Shown here: one piece after another, positions 36,281 through 47,499 of the stretch | Numbering within the stretch: the first letter of the stretch is position 1 | Layout: the number at the start of each line of letters is the position of its first letter | From: Camelus dromedarius | Taxonomy: Eukaryota | Reading direction: 5' to 3' | DNA length: 64,000 bases | Assembly (NCBI RefSeq): GCF_036321535.1 | Contig: NC_087436.1 | Location: 73,286,001 to 73,350,000, forward strand | Position numbers and translations under genes: made by a program | Notes under the pieces: model-generated | What the model was told of the DNA's origin: nothing | The model's input: only the letters and a program-made list of their open reading frames with translations | Databases searched by the model: none

Positions 36281-36972
36281 TGTTAGTCTGTTGGGGATGC
36301 CATAACAGAATACTGAGACAGGAAGGAAGGGGGCAGGGCACAACCACTGAAGGAATGACACAGCAGTTGAGGTTAGGTCAAACTGGCTAGAATCAAGACA
36401 GTGGAAGATTCGACTTCCTGTAGACCTTGGGCCTCATTATACGCTCTCTGTAATACATTAGCATGCAAAATGACATGCTCACCAGGGCCATGACAGTTCC
36501 CAGGCTAATTGCAAAGGGTCACAAAGTGGGTGGGGCCCAATTCCTAGAAACCCTCGCCCCTTCCCCAGCATGGTTGGAATCATCCTCCCACTTGTTAGCA
36601 TATGAAATTACACAGCCCATAAAAACTAACCACCCCCACACTCTCCCTTCTGAGTGAGATGGACTGCATCCTGTCTATGAATTGTGTATCTCTTAGTGCC
36701 GTCTCTCTTGCCTTCTGAGATGGCCCACATTCTGTCTATGGAGTGTGTATTTCCCTGAATAAATTTACTTTCACTTTACTATTCCTTGCTCTTGAATTAT
36801 TTCCTGAGGGAGACAAGGACCTATTCTCTAGCAATAATACCATAGACGGAGTGGCATAAACACCAGAAATTCATTTTCTCCCAGTTTTAGAGGCTGGAAG
36901 TCCGAGATTAAGGTGCCAGCACGGCCAGTTTCTGGTGAGGACTCTCTTCCAGTTTGCAGACAGCTGCCTTCT
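36281..36972 (-). mobile_element. MLT1 (MLT1A-C-like) fragment split by an ERV1 LTR
   Basis: tgttagtctg...gccataacagaatac | catagac...agaaattcattttctcccagttttagaggctggaagtccgagattaaggtgcc. Confidence 0.85.
36314..36836 (+). mobile_element. ERV1-type solo LTR (523 bp)
   Basis: Starts tgagacagg, ends gcaata (CA mutated to TA), 4-bp TSD atac, TATA-like cataaaaa, AATAAA near 36759. Confidence 0.88.
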
Positions 36973-37029
36973 AACTTACATCCTGACACATTAAATAAAT
37001 GCCCAACCAGTCCATGAGATCATGAGGAT

Positions 37030-37235
37030 CAGAGCAAAGGGGGAATTCTGCCACCTGGCTTCTCATTCTGGTTCTACCACTAAGCTCCCTGGGCCTCTGT
37101 TTGCTCAACTGCAGTATCAGGACACTATACAGGTGATCACCAAGGTACTGTAAGTCTGAGTCCAGAGCAGGAGAGCAGGTCCAGGAACCAGGGTCTCCAG
37201 ACTCCAAGTCCAGGGTCCCTTCCAAATGGCTTCTC
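37030..37235. mobile_element. MIR fragments in both orientations
   Basis: cctggcttctcattctggttctaccact...gggcctctgtttgctc, and ggaaccagggtctccagactccaagtcc. Confidence 0.55.
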
Positions 37236-38519
37236 CTAACAATGTGGGTAGGAGCTTTAAGAGCAATGGCAAAGCCCAACAAGTCATATCAAGTCATATC
37301 ATTAAACAGAGAATGCACTTCACACTTTTGTTCCTCCAAGCTAAATCATTCTGATTACCACCAGTTCATGACAGCTCACACTAATGAAACGGAGCATTGA
37401 CATAAATAATTCAGAAACTCACTAATAATTGGCCCAGCTGGAAGACATGTCTGCCAAAGGAAGCATCCCGGGAGGCCACCCAGGCTGGGTAGCTGGCAGG
37501 CAGGACTCCCAGTGCACACAGATGGTCTGTGGTACAGAAACGGCCCGCTGCCAGTCTCAATATCAGGTTTAGGAAAGCATCAGATTCAGGTCCATTAGTG
37601 GTGAAGACTGAGGAGACCTTTAGTACATGTGGCCAAGAGGCCAAGAAGGCACTTGAGGGTTTTCAAAAGCTGACTAATGCATAAGTCTGTGCAAGTATTC
37701 TGCTGGCTTCCTTAATCAGATCACATCAATTCTTTGTTTCAGAACCTTTGTCTACAGCTGCCCTCATTCCACACGGCCTCTCCTGGCCTTGGATATTGCT
37801 GCAGTAATCTGATGGAGCATAATGAGAAGGATGCCAACCATCCTGTGAAACACCAGCTAGCCATTGGGCAAATTGACTCACTTCAGTGTTCTCCACAGAA
37901 AATAGGTGGAGTGTTGCAGAATCACCTGTGGAGTGACTTCAGGCAACACATACTCTCCCCCTTTGCTCTCCCCTCATTTCCCCCTGCCAAGAGCACGAAA
38001 TTGTACAAAAAGCTTCCCAAGTGGATCTCACTGAATTCACTCCCATCATTGGAGCCACGCATCTTTGTTCTGGGCTCTCTCACAACTTGGAGTTCAATTA
38101 AGTCTATTTTTGTCTTCTCCGACCCAGAGAGGAGCACATTTTATACCAACACAGTCCTCAGAAAACATTAGCAACCACGTGACTATCATGCCAAAGACAT
38201 ACCCATGTGTGTGACACTAGCCACAGGAATGTGAATATGCCTCAGTTTAGATAAAGCACCGGACATCTGTGTGTTCAATGTGACTTTGAGCCTGTACCAC
38301 AACGTTTGTGAATGCTTGAAGGGAGGAACTGAGGAGGAACTAAAGCACCCCAACAAGACGGTGTCATGAATGCCTGTACGTGGTGTGGTTTGATACCAAC
38401 TAATCTAGACTTTAGGAAATGTCCTGTTGTCTGGCTATCGTATAATGATGTGTTGGGGCCATATAACAAGTTCATATCTGTATCTGACACCTCTTGTGCC
38501 CCATGTCACATGCTCTCAG

Positions 38520-38968
38520 CCCACCTTTTTACTCCAGTCATTACGGACACAATCAACCATGCTCAGGTGTAAACTGACCACATAGTAAGTCAGCTATCCC
38601 AAATGTGCTGCCTACTTTCTGCCCCCAGGCTTCTGACACTGTCAAGCCATGTAAGATGCTACAAACCAGCCCCTCTGATCTCACAGATGTGTGGAAATGG
38701 GAGGGAGTTAACACCAGAGAGCAGCCCTTTGCCAACTGGGGATGAGATGCAGTAAATAAATTCTCCTCTCATCTGTCCCTTCAGAAGATAATCCTGGGGT
38801 ACATTTCACACAGCTCCTCAAAGCTCCCAGAAGGGATCAAGTCCTGGGGTCCCATACTGGAGGCCACAATGCACCCTTGGATTGGCTCTTTCCCTGTGCA
38901 ACATAAACATCCTGAATGCAAGACCTTGTCTCCAGCACTGCTTTCAAGAAGAACCTAGACCAAGCTAG
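38520..38968 (+). mobile_element. LTR16-family 5' LTR
   Basis: gggagttaacaccagagagcagccctt...gataatcctggggtacatttc...ccttgtctccagcactgctttcaagaagaacctagaccaag. Confidence 0.75.
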
Positions 38969-39550
38969 CAGTTACCAAAAGTGACCCTACAACGCAGACC
39001 CTCGAGATGGGACTCTGGATTGGAATCTCTTGTGGTCAGATGGAGAGAAGGACCATATAGCTGTTGCTGAGTGAGGAGGCAACGACCGTGGCATGCAGTA
39101 GCATCGCAACCACCAAGATGCTCCTGGGGTTGAGGTGCGGGGCGGGGGGAGGTGCTGAGGAAAGGAGTGAAAGGAAGTGGAGCATTGGAGTAGGCGCCAG
39201 CGGTGACACTTAAAAGTATGGGGCTCAGAATAATTATCATGATTGTGAAGCTGTCTGGTTTGATTTAATAGATTTAGAAACCTTGACAAAAGAAACTGAC
39301 GGGCTTTGGTTAGCTAACTAGCAATTCAAAGCGCATTGTAAAACTCATAAAATCTCCCTTGTAGAGTTTAGAGACCCTTAAATCCTGCAGTCTGTGCGGG
39401 AATTCAGGGATAGGATTTAACTGTAAGGGTAGAAGAGCTGCAAAGAAAACTGAACAAACAGCCTCAACAGGTCTCCTATGACAAAGTCAGGGCCCAGATG
39501 TGAAGGGAGAGGGGCCTTTAGACATAGAAGAGATAGTGTGGAGACACGGA
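38969..39550 (+). mobile_element. Degenerate ERVL internal 5' region (ERV3-16A3-like)
   Basis: Immediately after the LTR: cagttaccaaaagtgaccct...cagaccctcgagatgggactctgga...tggcatgcagtagcatcgcaac matches the recalled internal leader. Confidence 0.65.
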
Positions 39551-39849
39551 GGGGGACGCGGAAGGGCCCACGGGCTTTTCTCAGTTCCTGCGGACACACA
39601 AGGCAGCCCCAGGACGCACATAACTAGTTTGGAAACACTATGACTTTGGCTGTAACCCCAGTGGAGGCTCCTATCACTGTACTTTGAATTATGTTTTGTA
39701 AATATATCATTATCTTCGCCATATCCAAAAAATTACCCCTAGATTTCGTTATATACACATTCAATCTCTATATTTTAATTTTTAAGGAACATAAAGGGGA
39801 AAAAGGGAGGAGAAAAACTGGCAAAGGAAGTCACTAGGAGATAAGAAAG

Positions 39850-40035
39850 AGCAAAGGCTTTAAAACCACGCAGATGAGGGTTCAGACAGTAGGTATGCTG
39901 CTTACTGACTATTAGCCTTGAGCAGATAGTTTCTTCATCTGTAAAACGGGGAAAATTTTATTGTGAGTTGTTGGGATATTAAACAGTATAAAGTATACAA
40001 AGTTTAGAGAAAGCATTCAATACATGTTACCTGTA
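39850..40035 (+). mobile_element. MIR
   Basis: cttactgactattagccttgagc...agtttcttcatctgtaaaacgggg. Confidence 0.75.
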
Positions 40036-40072
40036 TTATTAATTTTTTTCACTATTTGAACAATGGAGCCAT

Positions 40073-40850
40073 TTTGCACAGCTAAGGATACCATCAACAA
40101 AACAAAAAGACAACCTACAGAATGGGAGAAAATATTTGCAAATGATGCAACTGACAAGGAACTATTTCCAAAGTATACAAACAGCTCATACAACTTAACA
40201 TCAAAAAAAAAAAAACAACCCAATCAAAAAATGGGCAGAAGATCTAAATAGACATCTCTCCAAAGCAGACAGACAGATGGCCAGAAGCACATAAAAATTG
40301 CTCACCATTACTAATTGTTAGAGAAATACAAATCAAAACTACAATGAGATGTCACTTCACGCCAGCCAGAATGGCCATCATTAAAAAGTCTACAAGTGAA
40401 AAATGCTAGAGAGGGTGTGGAGAAAAAGGAACCCTCCTAAACTGTTGGTGGGAATGTAAACTTGTGCAACCACTATGGAGGACAATCTGGAGGTTCCTTA
40501 AAAAACTAAAAATAGATTTACCATATGATCCAGCAATCTCACTCCTGGGCATATACCTTAAGTAAAATATAAGTCAAAAAGACACATGCACCCCAATGTT
40601 CACAGCAGTGATATTTACAATAGCTAAGACATGGAAACAACCCAAAGGTGAATCAACAAATGACTAGATAAAGATGTGGTATGTATCTACACAGCCATAA
40701 AAAATAATAAAATAATGCCATTTGCAGCAACATGGATGGACCTGGAGATCGTCATTCTAACTGAAGTAAGCCAGAAAGAGAAAGAAAAATGCCATATGAT
40801 ATTGCTTATACACGGAATCTAAAAAAAGGGACACAAATAAACTACTTATT
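40073..40850 (+). mobile_element. L1 fragment (ORF2 C-terminus and part of 3'UTR)
   Basis: Peptide FCTAKDTINKTKRQPTEWEKIFAN; similarity to the other young L1s in the window stops near 40850. Confidence 0.95.
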
Positions 40851-42229
40851 ATTTATAACTTAGATGATTGATTTCTTGAATATGTGTAAGCCCATTTGAC
40901 TGTCCTTTATGATTGGATTACTGTATTCTGTTGATTCTTATCTTGTGATTGGCTTTATTCTTCTGATAACTATGTAAGTTTAAAAAGCTAAAGCTCTAAA
41001 TAGTTCTTAGAAACAATGAACAGTACATATATGTAAATTTTTTTAAGTATGTGCAGTATATTGTATATATGTATTTACATACAATATATTGTATATGTGC
41101 AGTCAAATTGTACCTAATAAAACTGAAAAATGATTTAAAAAAAACTAATCCTAAAAAAAAAGAGCTCATCACAATCCATTTGAAGTACAATTGAGTACAA
41201 TATAATCAGAATTTGTTTTACATATAAGGAAAAATTAATTAATTAATTAATTAAAAAAACAATAGAGCCATGTCTTTCAACATAAAATGATCACTGACAA
41301 TTAATATCATATGTTTGATATAAACCAGGAAAATAACTTAATTTACTGGTCTAGATGGAAATTTCCTTACTTTGAGGATGAAATAAGTCAATTTCTTCAT
41401 AGTACTAATACAGCAATCCCAACCTGGTCGATTTACATATAATATATGAATCAGTTAAACTCATTCCTTAACAACAAAGCTAGCACAAGAGACTATATTA
41501 GAATCCCTTAGTTGAAAGTTCAGCTTAATTTTTATGGCATTAAACTGCAGAAGAATTTGGACTATTAGTTTTCAATCTTTGCTGTCGAGGTTTCAAACCT
41601 CCAAAATTGTCAGGAATGTTATTTCACTCCTGAGTTTTAGTGTCATAGCATAATGTGGAGCAGAGATTTGACTTCTGTTCAGTGAATCTGATCCTGCAGT
41701 CAGGGAAATAGGCCAAAACATCCACTTCTGTAGCTAAACTTATGTATGGCAGCAGACTTTGAATTGGCCACTCCATCCTGAATTTTTTCTAGGCATAATC
41801 ATGCCCAGAAACACAGCTGAGAAGAAAGCTTAGAGTAGCCAGACCAGACAGTAAGAGATGGTTGCATAATTCAGTTTAGAAACCCTTGACAAGACAGAGA
41901 TCAACAGGGGATTGAATCAGTGTTCTCTAGTTTACAGGCTCCCTTCAGAGGAACCAACTGTAGAGCATTTCTATGGGATGATCCCTGCTGAGAAGTCCTT
42001 CCAGAGGGAATGTGCAATTCTACAGCCAAGTCTCATCACTTACATGAATGAATTTTGAGTATTTAAAAATTATCTTAAGTGAATATTTTTCCACCTAAGA
42101 AAGACAGTCCAAAGCCCAAATTATTTAAAAAAAAATACTGGTAGGTTAGAAAAGGATCACAGAACAGGTGATAGAGACAAAGGACTACAAAAATATAAAA
42201 CCTTTCTTTTTTTGGAAAGAAAATGTAGT

Positions 42230-42450
42230 GCCATTCATTCTTTCATTCAGCACATGTTTATGGACAGTGTATTATGCACCAGCATTAAAACGGTAAAGAC
42301 AAGTAAAACATAGCCCTTGCCTTCTAGAACCATATAGTTCACTCTATCTAAAGACAAACTGATAAAGTATCATTAAAAAATTGTATGTGAACAGAATGCA
42401 AGAGTACTGGGAAAATAGAACAAAGCCACTGAGTCTAATTGAGTTTTATA
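42230..42450 (-). mobile_element. L2 3' fragment
   Basis: cattcattctttcattcagcacatgtttatggacag...tagcccttgccttctaga. Confidence 0.7.
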
Positions 42451-43589
42451 TATAAAAGACAGGAACAATAAAAGGTACTTACACTGGCCAAACCCAAGAG
42501 GTCGTCTCAGGACACCCGGATTGGGAACATCCTTAAACAAAGTAGTTAACTTTATTGCTTTACCAGGTTAAGAGCTGTAACATGATTATGGAGCAGTAAA
42601 AGCATTTTTTAAATTATTTTGAGAGGCAGAAGAGTTGAGGAAGTTACCCATATATGATAGAAGAGCAGGTAAAAAATACAAAGGAAGTTACTCCTATTTC
42701 AGTCATATTATTTAAATTGCTTCTTTTGACTCATTAGTTAGACTAAGGGAGAATAGTTAAGCAAAGCCCAGCCAATCAGGTCCCCCTTCAGCAAATTTTG
42801 AATGGGGACCCAGCAACTCCGCTCAATCAAGGGTTTTTTCACGATGAGCTGGGAGGCAGAATAAGCAGGTCAACATAGCAAGAAGACAACAAAGCAGAGA
42901 GAAAAATTGAGTTGCTAGTATTAAATGATGTATTACCTGCAAATCCTATAGCATGTTGTCTGGCATATAGAAAGTGCTCAATAAATTCTAGCCACTAATT
43001 TTATCACAAAATACAAAGGTAAAAGAAAGGAGGGTCAGAGAAAACTCATACTTTAATGGAACCCAATAAAATAATTTAGAATAAACTGACAAATGACTAA
43101 AAATCCTGTATAACTGTTAGAATTTTTGTGTGTTTTGTACTGTTTAAGAGTAGTTTGAGATTCAAGTCCTGGTTCTGCTGTTTGAAATGGGAAATATATT
43201 TAACCACTTGGTATCTCAGTGCCTTCATCCGTCATACAGGAACAGCACTACCTATGACTGTGGTGAGGGACGGTCATTATCGTCATCACGATCACTGCTG
43301 CCATTGTTATTCTACCATCCCAGACAGTTAATGGCATTGTCATCACTGAGTCTCGGGTCCCCAGCTTTAACTAAATACATGCAGACTTTTAGTCGACGTA
43401 AAATCAAACAATCCATTGTGCATATGATCATGAATTTTCTCTATTTGATATACAGAGCCACTCAAAGGCAAAAGCCTAATTACAGCTGATTAGTTAGAAA
43501 CATCCAGCTCACAAACATCACGATTCACAGTTACAAGTGCTGAGAAATAAAATTAGGATGCTGGGGACTAAGCATATAAAATGAGCAAT

Positions 43590-44112
43590 AACCATAAATT
43601 GTCTATTGGCCCTGCACATTCTTCTGTCCCCTTCTCTGTTATCCCTTATTATCTCCCAGGGGCAGAAAGCCTGGGAACTAAATGTCACATATTCAGTTGC
43701 CAGCTGGGTACTGGGTATGGTTTAGTCTACAACAAGGAGTTACACTCATGCAAGACTTAGAAGGCAGAAAAGGGATGGAATTACTCTTCCTCCTCTGCTA
43801 GCTTTAGCAGACATGTGGGCTTCACAAACGAAGGTTTTAAAAATAGGTTCCATGTTCCCTTGAAATTCACCCCCTTTAAGGGCTGCAGAGAGGCTATGAG
43901 GTCAGCAGTGATTTCCTGTCAGTCCCTAGCCTCTGGGAGGCATCAGAATCTCTCTGGGTTCTCCAGTGGACCATAGCTATGGTTGTCCTCTTGACTTTGG
44001 TTTCTTCATTCCTCTTAATGATTTTGGTAGACAGCTTATTCCCCATATTAAATACTGTTCTGTTTGAAACACCTAGAATAATTTGTTTTCCTGCCTGAAT
44101 CCTAACTGATAT
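43590..44112 (+). mobile_element. Old ERVL/MaLR LTR (LTR33/LTR41-like)
   Basis: 3' end ccatattaaatactgttctgtttgaaacacctagaataatttgttttcctgcctgaatcctaactgata. Confidence 0.55.
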
Positions 44113-44366
44113 TACTGTTTTTCTCTGAAGATTAGTCTTGACTCTCAAATCTAGCTGATATCTTTGAGAAATACAGGCAATAAAATGCCAGGAATTAACT
44201 TTAGAAATTCTAATTCATCGATAAAGTTTAATTCCAACAATAGTAACAACAGTGAAAAACTGCAGCCATTAGCATTTCTAAATGGCAAAGTAAATCACTT
44301 TATACAATAAAAGAGACCTCTTTTTCATGACTCTCTCCTTAACTCAAAAGTCAGTCTAAAACAATC

Positions 44367-44741
44367 TGCTACAGACTGAATGTTTGTATCCCCTCTCTCC
44401 CAAATTCATATATTGAAGCCCTAATCCCCAATATGATGGTATTTGGAGTTGGGGCCTTTGGGGGGTAATTAAGTTTAGATGAGGTCATGGTGGGTAGAGT
44501 CCTCATGGCAGGATTAGTGCCCTTATGAGAAGAGGAAGAGACCAGAGTCCTCTCTCTCCCCAATGTGAGGACACAGCAAGAAGCCAGCCATCTACAAACC
44601 AAGAAGAGGTCTCTTACCAAACACTAAATCTGCCAGCACCTTGATCTTGGATTTCCCAGCCTCCAGACTATGAGAAATAAATGTTTTTAACGTAAGCCAT
44701 CCAGGCTATGTGACTTCGTTATAGCTGCTCGCACTAAGACA
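44367..44741 (+). mobile_element. MLT1A/B solo LTR
   Basis: tgctacagactgaatgtttgtatcccc...aaattcatatattgaagccctaatcccc...cactaagaca; TSD caatc/ccatc. Confidence 0.92.
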
Positions 44742-45552
44742 CCATCTAACAAAAAAGTCCATGCTTTTAACCGTGAGGTTGTATCTACTGCATTGCACTG
44801 TAATTGAGAACCACCATCACCTACTGGGGAGATAGCCTTGGGCCACACTGATACCTGTGCTCAGAATCCATCATCAGTGCTATCCCCATGGAGAGATAAC
44901 ACATTTTATAACTACTCTGTTTAAATTCTTGCTTTCTTGAACATAGAAAAGATTAACCATGAGTTAGCATAATTATTCCCATTTCTGGAAACAGGGAGGC
45001 TAATGCTGAAAGAATCCACAGGCTCAAAATAAGGCTGAGTCTAAGAGGGACCCACTTGAACTCAGATCGAAATAAATAGGCAGTAAATGCAGTTGCCAGC
45101 AGTCAATTCAAAACCCATGCAGCACAGGATGATTTTGTTTCCATCTAATTTAGCAAATATTACCTAAAAATACCCCAAGATTCTCACTCACCCAGCAAAA
45201 AGTCCAGGGTTGGGGCCCTTCTCTAGATTACTGGGTTGAACAGAGATGTGGTCAACGCCTCCTGTCTTGCTAGGCTCCTTCTGCTAATGAGACACAAAGC
45301 AGATGGATAAAGCAGCTGGGATTAGAACAGAGTGTTCTTTGAGGCTTTGGGTGCTGTGTTTCCACAGCAACGTCATACCTGGAGGAAAGCAGCCTTGTGA
45401 TAAAGCCCAGCACGTCTGTCTCCATAACGACAAGATGAAGGCAACTTGGCCATGATTCCTCCCTATTCCTCCTCAGCAGTGACCACAGTAACTATGCTAC
45501 ACACTCTCATGCTACAGATAGACTAGTATTCACCTTGGAACTTCTTTGACGG

Positions 45553-45990
45553 ATGTTTCAGTCAGGTTCCCCAGATGCAGACCCTGAGATGAGGATTTGT
45601 GTGATTTATTAAAGAAGTGCTCCCAAGGGAAACCAGGAAGGAAGCAGGGGTGGGGCGGGAAAAGGGAGAAAGCCGAGCAGCAAATGTCATTCCAAGTGCA
45701 GTCCTGCAGAGGGTGGCTTCAGCCTATTCCCATGGAGGAACTCAGAATGTAAGTTACACTACAGAGTTGCCTGCTCCCATCTGTCACTAGTTAAAGGCCA
45801 CCCCAGGGGACATAATTCCCATGTACTTTCAGCTTTCTCCCTTTTAGGAAAACCAGGCTCTGGGAGACAGAGAATCCAGAGAAAGGCTGTAAATACAGTG
45901 TTTGGAAAGCACAGAAAAACCAGGTGGTGCACAAAAATAGTAAAATGGTATCCAAGGGGATCTGAGCAGAGCACCACCATTATCCACTGC
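45553..45990 (-). mobile_element. Old ERVL-type LTR
   Basis: tcagtcaggttccccagatgcagaccctgagatgaggatttgt...gatttatt is a reverse LTR terminus with AATAAA. Confidence 0.6.
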
Positions 45991-46369
45991 ATTGGAGAAG
46001 ACTGGGGAACTGTGGGGAGATGGATATAAAAGAAAAAGTGAAGTTAGTCATACCTTCTTTCTCACACATCTCAGATAGTGTTTGCCTAGAGCTTTTCAGG
46101 CTGGGCTTTAATCCCAAGGTCAACTGGCAGCTACTGATCATCAACATTGTGCCTTGCACAGAAGCAAGAATTATGGAAACATCAAATAACAAGACATATT
46201 GTCCTATACAATAAGCTGAGATTTATGCTATCCAGTGAGAGACCATGTTTTGGTACAAGCAGCAGGAAATTAGCAGTCATGCAACTTTCTTGCATGACCT
46301 CAGTGATGACCACTTGATAGGGAGGATGGAGGGAGAATTCAAGTATTGGAAAAGGTACTGGAAAAGGAT

Positions 46370-46510
46370 GGCTCCTCAACTCTGACATTCAGGACTTCAA
46401 GCATGAGTTTGATCCTTCCCTATCGCTCACTTTCTGTGTAACCTCAGACAAATTCATTAACATCTTTTAATATCAGCTTTTGCTTCTATAAAATGGAAAT
46501 GTTAAAACCC
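46370..46510 (+). mobile_element. MIR fragment
   Basis: tgtgtaacctcagacaaattcattaacatc...ctataaaatggaaat. Confidence 0.65.
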
Positions 46511-46519
46511 ACTCTGGTC

Positions 46520-47165
46520 CTCCATTTCTGGGAGGTTGCAATAAACATCATTTTCCCTATTATTCCCACTAAGTATGATTAAAAATTAAATACAAAATTA
46601 TATAAGAAGACTCTGAAAGGTGGAGAGAAGGCAGACCAGCTAGGGACCTCATGACCTAAGGAATAACACAGCAGTGAACTCCATGAGCTTTCTTTTTGCC
46701 TCATAAGTCCCAGACTTGGAGCCAAAGAAGATGGCAAACTGACATGAGCACAGACTAAAAATAAGACAAAAGTTTGCTCACTCTAGCCAAAGGACCAGAA
46801 AAGGGGTCACCTAGCAAGACAGAAAACTTTCCATCAATGACTACTCTAGTCTAGTCCAACATCACAGAAAATACTGTGCCCCCACCAACCATGCATGCTA
46901 GCAAAGGTTAAGTGGGGAGTCTAGATTTCCACCCTTGCAAGGTTGTAATGAGGTACCCCATCACCAGCATCAGGACAGAAAGCCTCTGGTGAGCCAGAAC
47001 TTTCATTACCACCAGGCAGTAACAAGCCTTCTCCCTCACTAGGTCAGTGGGGACCATATGTCAGTCAGAACTTCCACCTCCAGCCAGCAGTAATAAGATA
47101 ACCTTGCCCCTCACTGGGGCAGTACCAGAGATATGTCCTTGTGGAGATTCAGAAATTTCCTCATC
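46520..47165 (+). mobile_element. Old L1 5' region (L1MC/L1MD-like)
   Basis: tccatttctgggag...ttttccctattattcccactaagta...aagactctgaaaggtggagagaag resembles recalled L1M 5' ends; lies upstream of same-strand ORF2 debris. Confidence 0.55.
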
Positions 47166-47166
47166 A

Positions 47167-47440
47167 CTCACAGCCATAGAAAACAAACTTACAGTTACTG
47201 AGGGGGGAAGAGGGGAAGGAGGAATAAATTGGGAGTTTAGGGTTGGTAGATACTAACTACTACATATAAAATAGATAAACAGCAAGTTTATACTGTATAG
47301 CACAGAGAACTATATTCAATATCTTGTAGCAACCTATAATAAAAAAGGATATGAAAAGGAACTGAAATCACTATACTGTACATCATAATCTAATACAACA
47401 TTGTAAAGCAACTACGCTTCAATTTAAAAAATGGGAATAA
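47167..47440 (+). mobile_element. Short L1 3' end
   Basis: actcacagccatagaaaacaaacttacagttac...caactacgcttcaatttaaaaa. Confidence 0.9.
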
Positions 47441-47499
47441 AACTTGGACAATGAAAAAAATCAATTAAAAAATTCTATTTAAAAATAAAGTCTATTTTT

